From the NCBI GenBank assembly GCA_964016885.1, contig OZ024757.1:12958001-13022000 (forward strand): 64,000 nt of DNA, read 5' to 3'. The translations under genes were made by a program, and so were the position numbers. The notes beneath the pieces were generated by a model, which worked only from the letters and a program-made list of their open reading frames with translations, did no database searches and was not told where the DNA came from. Shown here piece by piece: positions 42,001 through 55,400 of this stretch (positions within the stretch are counted from its first letter, which is position 1; each line of letters begins with the position of its first letter). The stretch is from Eledone cirrhosa (taxonomy: Eukaryota).

Positions 42001-45000
42001 ATTGATTATATAAAAAATATTGATTATATAAAAAAATTATTTTTCGAAAAAAAATTAATATGCGTTTTTCAAGTTACGTTTTTCGAAATATTAACTTCTG
42101 ATTTCGAAAACTGAATTTTTTAGGTTTTTCGAAAAAAATTTAATCTGCAAAATTTGAAACCAGAAAGTAGATATTTCGAAAGATTTGTAAAAGCATTAAT
42201 TTTTTACGTTTTTTTTTAGATTTCGAAACATGCAAAATGTAAAAAGATTAATACAGAAACATGAAAAATGTAAAAAGATTAATACAGAAGTATATATTTC
42301 GACTATGAACTCAGATTCATTCTTTTTCGAAAAACCTAAAAAAATTGATTATATAAGGAAAAACCTAAAAAAATCAATATTTGAAATCAGATATAAATAT
42401 TTATAAAAAAATTGATTATATAAGATTTTCAAAAAAAATTAATATGCGTTTTTCAAATTGCGTTTTTCGAAATATTAACTTCTGATTTCGAAAACTTATT
42501 TTTTTAGGTTTTTCGAAAAAAATTTAATCTGCAAAATTTGAAACCAGAAAGTAAATATTTCGAAAGATTTGTAAAAGCATGTTTTTTTTACGTTTTCGAA
42601 ACATGCAAAAAATCAGAAAAAGATTAATACAGAAGTATATATTTCGACTATGAACTCACATTCATTCTTTTTCGAAAAACCTAAAAAAATCAATATTTGA
42701 AATCAGATATAAATATTTATAAAAAAATTGATTATATAAGGTTTTCGAAAAAAATTAATATGCGTTTTTCAAATTGCGTTTTTCGAAATATTAACTTCTG
42801 ATTTCGAAAACTTATTTTTTTAGGTTTTTCGAAAAAAATTTAATCTGCAAAATTTGAAACCAGAAAGTTTCGAAAGATTTGTAAAAGCATGTTTTTTTTA
42901 CGTTTTCGAAACATGCAAAAAATCAGAAAAAGATTAATACAGAAGTATATATTTCGACTATGAACTCAGATTCATTCTTTTTCGAAAAACCTAAAAAAAT
43001 TGATTATATAAGGTTTTCGAAAAACCTAAAAAAATCAATATTTGAAATCAGATATAAATATTTCTAAAAGTATAAAAAAAATTGATTATATAAGGTTTTC
43101 GAAAAAAAATTAATATGCGTTTTTCAAATTGCGTTTTTCGAACTTCTGATTTCGAAAACTGATTTTTTTAGGTTTTTCGAAAAAAATTTAATCTGCAAAA
43201 TTTGAAACCAGAAAGTAAATATTTCGAAAGATTTGTAAAAGCATGTTTTTTTTACGTTTTCGAAACATGCAAAAAATCAGAAAAAGATTAATACAGAAGT
43301 ATATATTTCGACTATGAACTCACATTCATTCTTTTTCGAAAAACCTAAAAAAATCAATATTTGAAATCAGATATAAATATTTATAAAAAAATTGATTATA
43401 TAAGGTTTTCGAAAAAAATTAATATGCGTTTTTCAAATTGCGTTTTTCGAAATATTAACTTCTGATTTCGAAAACTTATTTTTTTAGGTTTTTCGAAAAA
43501 AATTTAATCTGCAAAATTTGAAACCAGTAAGTTTCGAAAGATTTGTAAAAGCATGTTTTTTTTTACGTTTTCGAAACATGCAAAAAATCAGAAAAAGATT
43601 AATACAGAAGTATATATTTCGACTATGAACTCACATTCATTCTTTTTCGAAAAACCTAAAAAAATTGATTATATAAGGTTTTCGAAAAACCTAAAAAAAA
43701 TCAATATTTGATTTCAAATATTGATTTTTTTAGGTTTTTCGAAAACCTTATATAATCAATTTATAAAAAAATTGATTATATAAGGTTTTCGAAAAAAATT
43801 AATATGCGTTTTTCAAATTGCGTTTTTCGAAATATTAACTTCTGATTTTGAAAACTTATTTTTTTAGGTTTTTTGAAAAAAATTTAATCTGCAAAATTTG
43901 AAACCAGAAAGTAGATATTTCGAAAGATTTGTAAAAGCATTAATTTTTTACGTTTTTTTTTAGATTTCGAAACATGCAAAATGTAAAAAGATTAATACAG
44001 AAACATGAAAAATGTAAAAAGATTAATACAGAAGTATATATTTCGACTATGAACTCAGATTCATTCTTTTTCGAAAAACCTAAAAAAATTGATTATATAA
44101 GGTTTTCGAAAAACCTAAAAATATCAATATTTGAAATCAGATATAAATATTTATAAAAAAATTGATTATATAAGGTTTTCGAAAAAAAATTAATATGCGT
44201 TTTTCAAATTGCGTTTTTCGAAATATTAACTTCTGATTCCGAAAACTGATTTTTTTAGGTTTTTCGAAAAAAATTTAATCTGCAAAATTTGAAACCAGAA
44301 AGTAAATATTTCGAAAGATTTGTAAAAGCATTAATTTTTTACGTTTTTTTTAGATTTCGAAAATGCTAACAATCAGAAAAACGTAAAAAGATTAATGCAG
44401 AAGTATATATTTCGACTATGAACTCACATTCATTCTTTTTCGAAAAACCTAAAAAAATTGATTATATAAGGTTTTCGAAAAACCTAAAAAAATCAATATT
44501 TGAAATCAGATATAAATATTTCTAAAAGTATAAAAAAATTGATTATATAAAAAAATATTGATTATATAAAAAATATTGATTATATAAAAAAATTATTTTT
44601 CGAAAAAAAATTAATATGCGTTTTTCAAGTTGCGTTTTTCGAAATATTAACTTCTGATTTCGAAAACTTATTTTTTTAGGTTTTTCGAAAAAAATTTAAT
44701 CTGCAAAATTTGAAACCAGAAAGTAAATATTTCGAAAGATTTGTAAAAGCATGTTTTTTTTACGTTTTCGAAACATGCAAAAAATCAGAAAAAGATTAAT
44801 ATAGAAGTATATATTTCGACTATGAACTCACATTCATTCTTTTTCGAAAAACCTAAAAAAATCAATATTTGAAATCAGATATAAATATTTCTAAAAGTAT
44901 AAAAAAATTGATTATATAAAAAAATATTGATTATATAAAAAATATTGATTATATAAAATAATTATTTTTCGAAAAAAAATTAATATGCGTTTTTCAAATT

Positions 45001-46620
45001 GCGTTTTTCGAAATATTAACTTCTGATTTCGAAAACTGATTTTTTTAGGTTTTTCGAAAAAAATTTAATCTGCAAAATTTGAAACCAGACAGTAGATATT
45101 TCGAAAGATTTGTAAAAGCATTAATTTTTTACGTTTTTTTTAGATTTCGAAACATGCAAAATGTAAAAAGATTAATACAGAAACATGAAAAATGTAAAAA
45201 GATTAATACAGAAGTATATATTTCGACTATGAACTCAGATTCATTCTTTTTCGAAAAACCTAAAAAAATCAATATTTGAAATCAGATATAAATATTTCTA
45301 AAAGTATAAAAAAATTGATTATATAAAAAAATATTGATTATATAAAAAATATTGATTATATAAAAAAATTATTTTTCGAAAAAAAATTAATATGCGTTTT
45401 TCAAATTGCGTTTTTCGAAATATTAACTTCTGATTTCGAAAACTGATTTTTTTAGGTTTTTCGAAAAAAATTTAATCTGCAAAATTTGAAACCAGAAAGT
45501 AGATATTTCGAAAGATTTGTAAAAGCATTAATTTTTTACGTTTTTTTTAGATTTCGAAACATGCAAAATGTAAAAAGATTAATACAGAAACATGAAAAAT
45601 GTAAAAAGATTAATACAGAAGTATATATTTCGACTATGAACTCAGATTCATTCTTTTTCGAAAAACCTAAAAAAATTGATTATATAAGGTTTTCGAAAAA
45701 CCTAAAAAAATCAATATTTGAAATCAGATATAAATATTTCTAAAAGTATAAAAAAATTGATTATATAAGGTTTTCGAAAAAAAATTAATATGCGTTTTTC
45801 AAATTGCGTTTTTCGAACTTCTGATTTCGAAAACTGATTTTTTTAGGTTTTTTGAAAAAAATTTAATCTGTAAAATTTGAAACCAGAAAGTAAATATTTC
45901 GAAAGATTTGTAAAAGCATGTTTTTTTTACGTTTTCGAAACATGCAAAAAATCAGAAAAAGATTAATACAGAAGTATATATTTCGACTATGAACTCACAT
46001 TCATTCTTTATCGAAAAACCTAAAAAAATTGATTATATAAGGTTTTCGAAAAACCTAAAAAAATCAATATTTGAAATCAGATATAAATATTTCTAAAAGT
46101 ATAAAAAAATTGATTATATAAAAAAATATTGATTATATAAAAAATATTGATTATATAAAAAAATTATTTTTCGAAAAAAAATTAATATGCGTTTTTGAAA
46201 TTGCGTTTTTCGAAATATTAACTGCTGATTTTGAAAACTGATTTTTTTAGGTTTTTCGAAAAAAATTTAATCTGCAAAACTTGAAACCAGAAAGTAGATA
46301 TTTCGAAAGATTTGTAAAAGCATTAATTTTTTACGTTTTTTTTAGATTTCGAAAATGCTAACAATCAGAAAAACGTAAAAAGATTAATGCAGAAGTATAT
46401 ATTTCGACTATGAACTCACATTCATTCTTTTTCGAAAAACCTAAAAAAATTGATTATATAAGGTTTTCGAAAAACCTAAAAATATCAATATTTGAAATCC
46501 GATATAAATATTTATAAAAAAATTGATTATATAAGGTTTTCGAAAAAAAATTAATATGCGTTTTTCAAATTGCGTTTTTCGAAATATTAACTTCTGATTT
46601 CGAAAACTGATTTTTTTAGG
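39041..46620 (+). repeat. Slightly diverged duplicate of ~13291-21200 (offset ~25.4-25.75 kb)
   Basis: ORF pairs 18596/43974, 19701/45079 and 20108/45486 all have offset 25,378. Shared rare variants are ATAAGGAAAAACC (16976/42353), CCAGACAG, CTTTATCG and GAAATCCGAT. The copies differ by several indels and SNPs. Confidence 0.85.
43662..43762. repeat. 101-bp palindrome copy
   Basis: Same centre and arms; offset 25,378 from the 18284 copy. Confidence 0.93.
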
Positions 46621-49600
46621 TTTTTCGAAAAAAATTTAATTTGCAAAATTTGAAACCAGAAAGTAAATATTTCAAAAACCATTAATATTTTACGTTTTTT
46701 TTTAGAAATATTAACTTTTCGAAAACTGATTTTTTTAGGTTTTTCGAAAAAAATTTAATCTGCAAAATTTGAAACCAGAAAGTAGATATTTCGAAAGATT
46801 TGTAAAAGCATTAATTTTTTACGTTTTTTTTAGATTTCGAAAATGCTAACAATCAGAAAAACGTAAAAAGATTAATGCAGAAGTATATATTTCGACTATG
46901 AACTCACATTCATTCTTTTTCGAAAAACCTAAAAAAATTGATTATATAAGGTTTTCGAAAAACCTAAAAAAATCAATATTTAAAATCAGATATAAATATT
47001 TCTAAAAGTATAAAGAAATTGATTATATAAAAAAATATTGATTATTTCGAAATATTAACTTCTGATTTCGAAAACTGATTTTTTTAGGTTTTTCGAAAAA
47101 AATTTAATCTACAAAATTTGAAACCAGACAGTAGATATTTCGAAAGATTTGTAAAAGCATTAATTTTTTACGTTTTTTTTAGATTTCGAAATATGCAAAA
47201 TGTAAAAAGATTAATACAGAAACATGAAAAATGTAAAAAGATTAATACAGAAGTATATATTTCGACTATGAACTCAGATTCATTCTTTTTCGAAAAACCT
47301 AAAAAAATTGATTATATAAGATTTTCGAAAAACCTAAAAAAATCAATATTTGAAATCAGATATAAATATTTCTAAAAGTATAAAAAAATTGATTATATAA
47401 GGTTTTCGAAAAAAAATTAATATGCGTTTTTCAAATTGCGTTTTTCGAACTTCTGATTTCGAAAACTGATTTTTTTAGGTTTTTTGAAAAAAATTTAATC
47501 TGCAAAATTTGAAACCAGAAAGTAAATATTTCGAAAAAGCATGTTTTTTTTACGTTTTCGAAACATGCAAAAAATCAGAAAAAGATTAATACAGAAGTAT
47601 ATTGAACTCACATTCATTCTTTTTCGAAAAACCTAAAAAAATTGATTATATAAGGTTTTCGAAAAACCTAAAAAAATCAATATTTGAAATCAGATATAAA
47701 TATTTATAAAAAAATTGATTATATAAGGTTTTCGAAAAAAATTAATATGCGTTTTTCAAATTGCGTTTTTCGAAATATTGACTTCTGATGTCGAAAACAG
47801 ATTTTTTTAGGTTTTTCGAAAAAAATTTAATTTGCAAAATTTGAAACCAGAAAGTAAATATTTCAAAAACCATTAATATTTTACGTTTTTTTTTAGAAAT
47901 ATTAACTTTTCGAAAACTGATTTTTTTAGGTTTTTCGAAAAAAATTTAATCTACAAAATTTGAAACCAGACAGTAGATATTTTGAAAGATTTGTAAAAGC
48001 ATTAATTTTTTACGTTTTTTTTAGATTTCGAAACACAAAATGTAAAAAGATTAATACAGAAACATGAAAAATGTAAAAAGATTAATACAGAAGTATATAT
48101 TTCGACTATGAACTCAGATTCATTCTTTTTCGAAAAACCTAAAAAAATCAATATTTGAAATCAGATATAAATATTTCTAAAAGTATAAAAAAATTGATTA
48201 TATAAAAAAATATTGATTATATAAAAAATATTGATTATATAAAAAAATTATTTTTCGAAAAAAAATTAATATGCGTTTTTCAAATTGCGTTTTTCGAAAT
48301 ATTAACTTCTGATTTCGAAAACTGATTTTTTTAGGTTTTTCGAAAAAAATTTAATCTGCAAAATTTGAAACCAGAAAGTAGATATTTCGAAAGATTTGTA
48401 AAAGCATTAATTTTTTACGTTTTTTTTTAGATTTCGAAACATGCAAAATGTAAAAAGATTAATACAAAAACATGAAAAATGTAAAAAGATTAATACAGAA
48501 GTATATATTTCGACTATGAACTCAGATTCATTCTTTTTCGAAAAACCTAAAAAAATTGATTATATAAGGTTTTCGAAAAACCTAAAAAAATCAATATTTG
48601 AAATCAGATATAAATATTTCTAAAAGTATAAAAAAATTGATTATATAAGGTTTTCGAAAAAAAATTAATATGCGTTTTTCAAATTGCGTTTTTCGAACTT
48701 CTGATTTCAAAAACTGATTTTTTTAGGTTTTTTGAAAAAAATTTAATCTGAAAATTTGAAACCAGAAAGTAAATATTTCGAAAGATTTGTAAAAGCATGT
48801 TTTTTTTACGTTTTCGAAACATGCAAAAAATCAGAAAAAGATTAATACAGAAGTATATATTTCGACTATGAACTCACATTCATTCTTTTTCGAAAAACCT
48901 AAAAAAATTGATTATATAAGGTTTTCGAAAAACCTAAAAAAATCAATATTTGAAATCAGATATAAATATTTCTAAAAGTATAAAAAAATTGATTATATAA
49001 AAAAATATTGATTATATAAAAAATATTGATTATATAAAAAAATTATTTTTCGAAAAAAAATTAATATGCGTTTTTGAAATTGCGTTTTTCGAAATATTAA
49101 CTGCTGATTTCGAAAACTGATTTTTTTAGGTTTTTCGAAAAAAATTTAATCTGCAAAACTTGAAACCAGAAAGTAGATATTTCGAAAGATTTGTAAAAGC
49201 ATTAATTTTTTACGTTTTTTTTAGATTTCGAAAATGCTAACAATCAGAAAAACGTAAAAAGATTAATGCAGAAGTATATATTTCGACTATGAACTCACAT
49301 TCATTCTTTTTCGAAAAACCTAAAAAAATTGATTATATAAGGTTTTCGAAAAACCTAAAAAAATCAATATTTGAAATCAGATATAAATATTTCTAAAAGT
49401 ATAAAAAAATTGATTATATAAAAAAATATTGATTATATAAAAAATATTGATTATATAAAAAAATTATTTTTCGAAAAAAAATTAATATGCGTTTTTCAAA
49501 TTGCGTTTTTAGAAATATTAACTTCTGATTTCGAAAACTGAATTTTTTAGGTTTTTCGAAAAAAATTTAATCTGCAAAATTTGAAACCACAAAGTAGATA

Positions 49601-50209
49601 TTTCGAAAGATTTGTAAAAGCATTAATTTTTTACGTTTTTTTTTAGATTTCGAAACATGCAAAATGTAAAAAGATTAATACAGAAGTATATATTTCGACT
49701 ATGAACTCACATTCATTCTTTTTCGAAAAACCTAAAAAAATCAATATTTGAAATCAGATATAAATATTTATAAAAAAATTGATTATATAAGGTTTTCGAA
49801 AAAAATTAATATGCGTTTTTCAAATTGCGTTTTTCGAAATATTAGCTTCTGATTTCGAAAACTTATTTTTTTAGGTTTTTCGAAAAAAATTTAATCTGCA
49901 AAATTTGAAACCAGAAAGTTTCGAAAGATTTGTAAAAGCATGTTTTTTTTACGTTTTCGAAACATGCAAAAAATCAGAAAAAGATTAATACAGAAGTATA
50001 TATTTCGACTATGAACTCACATTCATTCTTTTTCGAAAAACCTAAAAAAATTGATTATATAAGGTTTTCGAAAAACCTAAAAAAATCAATATTTGAAATC
50101 AGATATAAATATTTATAAAAAAATTGATTATATAAGGTTTTCGAAAAAAATTAATATGCGTTTTTCAAATTGCGTCTTTCGAAATATTAACTTCTGATTT
50201 CGAAAACTT

Positions 50210-51550
50210 ATTTTTTTAGGTTTTTCGAAAAAAATTTAATCTGCAAAATTTGAAACCAGAAAGTAGATATTTCGAAATTTTTGTAAAAGCATTAATTTTT
50301 TACGTTTTTTTAGATTTCGAAAATGCTAACAATCAAAAAAACGTAAAAAGATTAATGCAGAAGTATATATTTCGACTCACATTCATTCTTTCTCGAAAAA
50401 CCTAAAAAAATCAATATTTGAAATCAGATATAAATATTTCTAAAAGTATAAAAAAATTGATTATATAAAGTTTTCGAAAAAAAATTAATATGCGTTTTTC
50501 AAATTGCGTTTTTCGAAATATTAACTTCTAATTTCGAAAACTGATTTTTTTTAGGTTTTTCGAAAAAAATTTAATCTGCAAAATTTGAAACCAGAAAGTA
50601 GATATTTCAAAAGATTTGTAAAAGCATTAATTTTTTACGTTTTTTTTAGATTTCGAAAATGCAAACAATCAGAAAAACGTAAAAAGATTAATACAGAAGT
50701 ATATATTTCGACTATGAACTCACATTCGTTCTTTTTCGAAAAACCTAAAAAAATCAATATTTGAAATCAGATATAAATATTTATAAAAAAATTGATTATA
50801 TAAGGTTTTCGAAAAAAAATTAATATGCGTTTTTCAAATTGCGTTTTTGGGAATATTGACTTCTGATGTCGAAAACAGATTTTTTTAGGTTTTTCGAAAA
50901 AAATTTAATCTGCAAAATTTGAAACCAGAAAGTAGATATTTCGAAATTTTTGTAAAAGCATTAATTTTTTACGTTTTTTTAGATTTCGAAAATGCTAACA
51001 ATCAAAAAAACGTAAAAAGATTAATGCAGAAGTATATATTTCGACTCACATTCATTCTTTCTCGAAAAACCTAAAAAAATCAATATTTGAAATCAGATAT
51101 AAATATTTCTAAAAGTATAAAAAAATTGATTATATAAAGTTTTCGAAAAAAAATTAATATGCGTTTTTCAAATTGCGTTTTTCGAAATATTAACTTCTAA
51201 TTTCGAAAACTGATTTTTTTTAGGTTTTTCGAAAAAAATTTAATCTGCAAAATTTGAAACCAGAAAGTAGATATTTCAAAAGATTTGTAAAAGCATTAAT
51301 TTTTTACGTTTTTTTTAGATTTCGAAAATGCAAACAATCAGAAAAACGTAAAAAGATTAATACAGAAGTATATATTTCGACTATGAACTCACATTCGTTC
51401 TTTTTCGAAAAACCTAAAAAAATCAATATTTGAAATCAGATATAAATATTTATAAAAAAATTGATTATATAAGGTTTTCGAAAAAAAATTAATATGCGTT
51501 TTTCAAATTGCGTTTTTGGGAATATTGACTTCTGATGTCGAAAACAGATT
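50210..51550 (+). repeat. Tandem duplication of a diverged dimer, 669-bp period
   Basis: The private variants CGACTCAC (50373/51042), TTCGAAATTTT, CATTCGTTC and TTTTGGGAA each recur 669 bp apart. Confidence 0.9.
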
Positions 51551-52380
51551 TTTTTAGGTTTTTCGAAAAAAATTTAATTTGCAAAATTTGAAACCAGAAA
51601 GTAAATATTTCAAAAACCATTAATATTTTACGTTTTTTTTTAGATAGAAAAACGTAAAAAGATTAATGCAGAAATATATATTTCGACTATGAACTCACAT
51701 TCATTCTTTTTCGAAAAACCTAAAAAAATTGATTATATAAGGTTTTCGAAAAACCTAAAAAAATCAATATTTGAAATCAGATATAAATATTTATAAAAAA
51801 ATTGATTATATAAGGTTTTCGAAAAAAAATTAATATGCGTTTTTCAAATTGCGTTTTTCGAAATATTAACTTCTGATTTCGAAAACTGATTTTTTTAGGT
51901 TTTTTGACAAAAATTTAATCTGCAAAATTTGAAACCAGAAAGTAGATATTTCGAAAGAATTGTAAAGCATTAATTTTTTACGTTTATTTAGATTTTGAAA
52001 ATGCTAACAATCAGAAAAACATAAAAAGATTAATGCAGAAGTATATATTTCGACTATGAACTCACATTCATTCTTTTTCGAAAAACCTAAGAAAATCAAT
52101 ATTTGAAATCAGATATAAATATTTCTAAAAGTATAAAAAAATTAAGGTTTTCGAAAAAAAATTAATATGCGTTTTTCAAATTGCTTTTTTCGAAATATTA
52201 ACTTCTGATTTTGAAAACTGATGTTTTTAGGTTTTTCGAAAAAAATTTAATCTACAAAATTTAAAACCAGAAAGTAAATATTTCTAAAGATTTGTAAAAA
52301 TTTTTTACGTTTTTTTTTAGATAGAAAAACGTAAATAGAAATATATATTTCGACTAAGATCTCACATTCATTCTTTTGAA

Positions 52381-52428
52381 AAAACTAAAAAAAATTTATT
52401 ACTTATGTAATAAATTTTTTTTAGTTTT
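52381..52428. repeat. Unique perfect hairpin, 22-bp stem with 4-nt loop
   Basis: AAAACTAAAAAAAATTTATTAC-TTAT-GTAATAAATTTTTTTTAGTTTT. Confidence 0.92.
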
Positions 52429-55400
52429 CGAAAAACCTAAAAAAAATCAATATTTGAAATCAGATATAAATATTTCTAAAAGTATAAAAAAAATTGATTA
52501 TATAAGGTTTTCGAAAAAAAATTAATATGCGTTTTTCAAATTGCGTTATTGGAAATATTGACTTCTGATGTCGAAAACTGATTTATTTAGGTTTTTCGAA
52601 AAAAATTTAATTTGCAAAATTTGAAACCAGAAAGTAAATATTTCAAAAACCATTAATATTTTACGTTTTTTTTTAGATAGAAAAACGTAAAAAGATTAAT
52701 GCAGAAATATATATTTCGACTATGAACTCACATTCATTCTTATTCGAAAAACATAAAAAAAATTGATTATATAAGGTTTTCGAAAAACCTAAAAAAATCA
52801 ATATTTGAAATCAGATATAAATATTTCTAAAAGTATAAAAAAATTGATTATATAAGGTTTTCGAAAAAAAATTAATATGCGTTTTTCAAATTGCGTTTTT
52901 CGAAAAAAATTTAATCTGCAAAATCTGAAAGTAAATATTTCGAAAGATTTGTAAAAGCATTAATTTTTTACGTTTTTTTTAAATTTCGAAACATGCAAAA
53001 AATCAGAAAAATGTAAAAAGATTAATACAGAAGTATATATTTCGAAAAACCTAAAAAAATTGATTATATAAGGTTTTCGAAAAACCTAAAAAAATCAATA
53101 TTTGAAATCAGATATAAATATTTATAAAAAAATTGATTAATATGCGTTTTTCAAATTGCGTTTTTGGGAATATTGACTTCTGACGTCGAAAACAGATTTT
53201 TTTAGGTTTTTCGAAAAAAATTTAATTTGCAAAATTTGAAACCAGAAAGTAAATATTTCGAAAGATTTGTAAAAGCATTAATTTTTTACGTTTTTTTTAG
53301 ATTTCGAAACATGCAAAATGTAAAAAGATTAATACAGAAACATGAAAAATGTAAAAAGATTAATACAGAAGTATATATTTCGACTATGAACTCAGATTCA
53401 TTCTTTTTCGAAAAACCTAAAAAAATTGATTATATAAGGTTTTCGAAAAACCTAAAAAAATCAATATTTGAAATCAGATATAAATATTTCTAAAAGTATA
53501 AAATAATTGATTATATAAGGTTTTCGAAAAAAAATTAATATGCGTTTTTCAAATTGCGTTTTTCGAACTTCTGATTTCGAAAAGTGATTTTTTTAGGTTT
53601 TTCGAAAAAAATTTAATCTGCAAAATTTGAAACCAGAAAGTAGATATTTCGAAAGATTTGTAAAAGCATTAATTTTTTACGTTTTTTTTAGATTTCGAAA
53701 CATGCAAAATGTAAAAAGATTAATACAGAAACATGAAAAATGTAAAAAGATTAATACAGAAGTATATATTTCGACTATGAACTCAGATTCATTCTTTTTC
53801 GAAAAACCTAAAAAAATCAATATTTGAAATCAGATATAAATATTTCTAAAAGTATAAAAAAATTGATTATATAAGGTTTTCGAAAAAAAATTAATATGCG
53901 TTTTTCAAATTGCGTTTTTCGAACTTCTGATTTCTAAAACTGATTTTTTTAGGTTTTTTGAAAAAAATTTAATCTGCAAAATTTGAAACCAGAAAGTAAA
54001 TATTTCGAAAGATTTGTAAAAGCATGTTTTTTTTACGTTTTCGAAACATGCAAAAAATCAGAAAAAGATTAATACAGAAGTATATTGAACTCACATTCAT
54101 TCTTTTTCGAAAAACCTAAAAAAATTGATTATATAAGGTTTTCGAAAAACCTAAAAAAATCAATATTTGAAATCAGATATAAATATTTCTAAAAGTATAA
54201 AAAAATTGATTATATAAAAAAATATTGATTATATAAAAAATATTGATTATATAAAAAAATTATTTTTCGAAAAAAAATTAATATGCGTTTTTGAAATTGC
54301 GTTTTTCGAAATATTAACTGCTGATTTCGAAAACTGATTTTTTTAGGTTTTTCGAAAAAAATTTAATCTGCAAAACTTGAAACCAGAAAGTAGATATTTC
54401 GAAAGATTTGTAAAAGCATTAATTTTTTACGTTATTTTTAGATTTCGAAACACGCAAAATGTAAAAAGATTAATACAGAAACATGAAAAATGTAAAAAGA
54501 TTAATACAGAAGTATATATTTCGACTATGAACTCAGATTCATTCTTTTTCGAAAAACCTAAAAAAATTGATTATATAAGGTTTTCGAAAACCTAAAAAAA
54601 TCAATATTTGAAATCAGATATAAATATTTATAAAAAAATTGATTATATAAGGTTTTCAAAAAAAATTAATATGCGTTTTTCAAATTGCGTTTTTCGAAAT
54701 ATTAACTTCTGATTTCGAAAACTGATTTTTTTAGGTTTTTCGAAAAAAATTTAATCTGCAAATTTTGAAACCAGAAAGTAGATATTTCAAAAGATTTGTA
54801 AAAGCATTAATTTTTTACGTTTTTTTTAGATTTCGAAACATGCAAAATGTAAAAAGATTAATACAAAAACATGAAAAATGTAAAAAGATTAATACAGAAG
54901 TATATATTTCGACTATGAACTCAGATTCATTCTTTTTCGAAAAACCTAAAAAAATCAATATTTGAAATCAGATATAAATATTTCTAAAAGTATAAAAAAA
55001 ATTGATTATATAAGGTTTTCGAAAAAAAATTAATATGCGTTTTTCAAATTGCGTTTTTCGAACTTCTGATTTCGAAAACTTATTTTTTTAGGTTTTTCGA
55101 AAAAAATTTAATCTGCAAAATTTGAAACCAGAAAGTAGATATTTCGAAAGATTTGTAAAAGCATTAATTTTTTACGTTTTTTTTTAGATTTCGAAACATG
55201 CAAAATGTAAAAAGATTAATACAGAAACATGAAAAATGTAAAAAGATTAATACAGAAGTATATATTTCGACTATGAACTCAGATTCATTCTTTTTCGAAA
55301 AACCTAAAAAAATTGATTATATAAGGTTTTCGAAAAACCTAAAAATATCAATATTTGAAATCAGATATAAATATTTATAAAAAAAATTGATTATATAAGG

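Larger units (their letters stand above)
46620..55060 (+). repeat. Diverged, largely non-HOR monomeric layer of the same satellite
   Basis: Many private substitutions and deletions occur here (CTGATGTCGAAAACAG, CGACTCAC, TAGATAGAAAAACG, TTTTGGGAA). Divergence peaks at ~51900-53200 and the 4.59-kb periodicity is absent. Confidence 0.88.
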
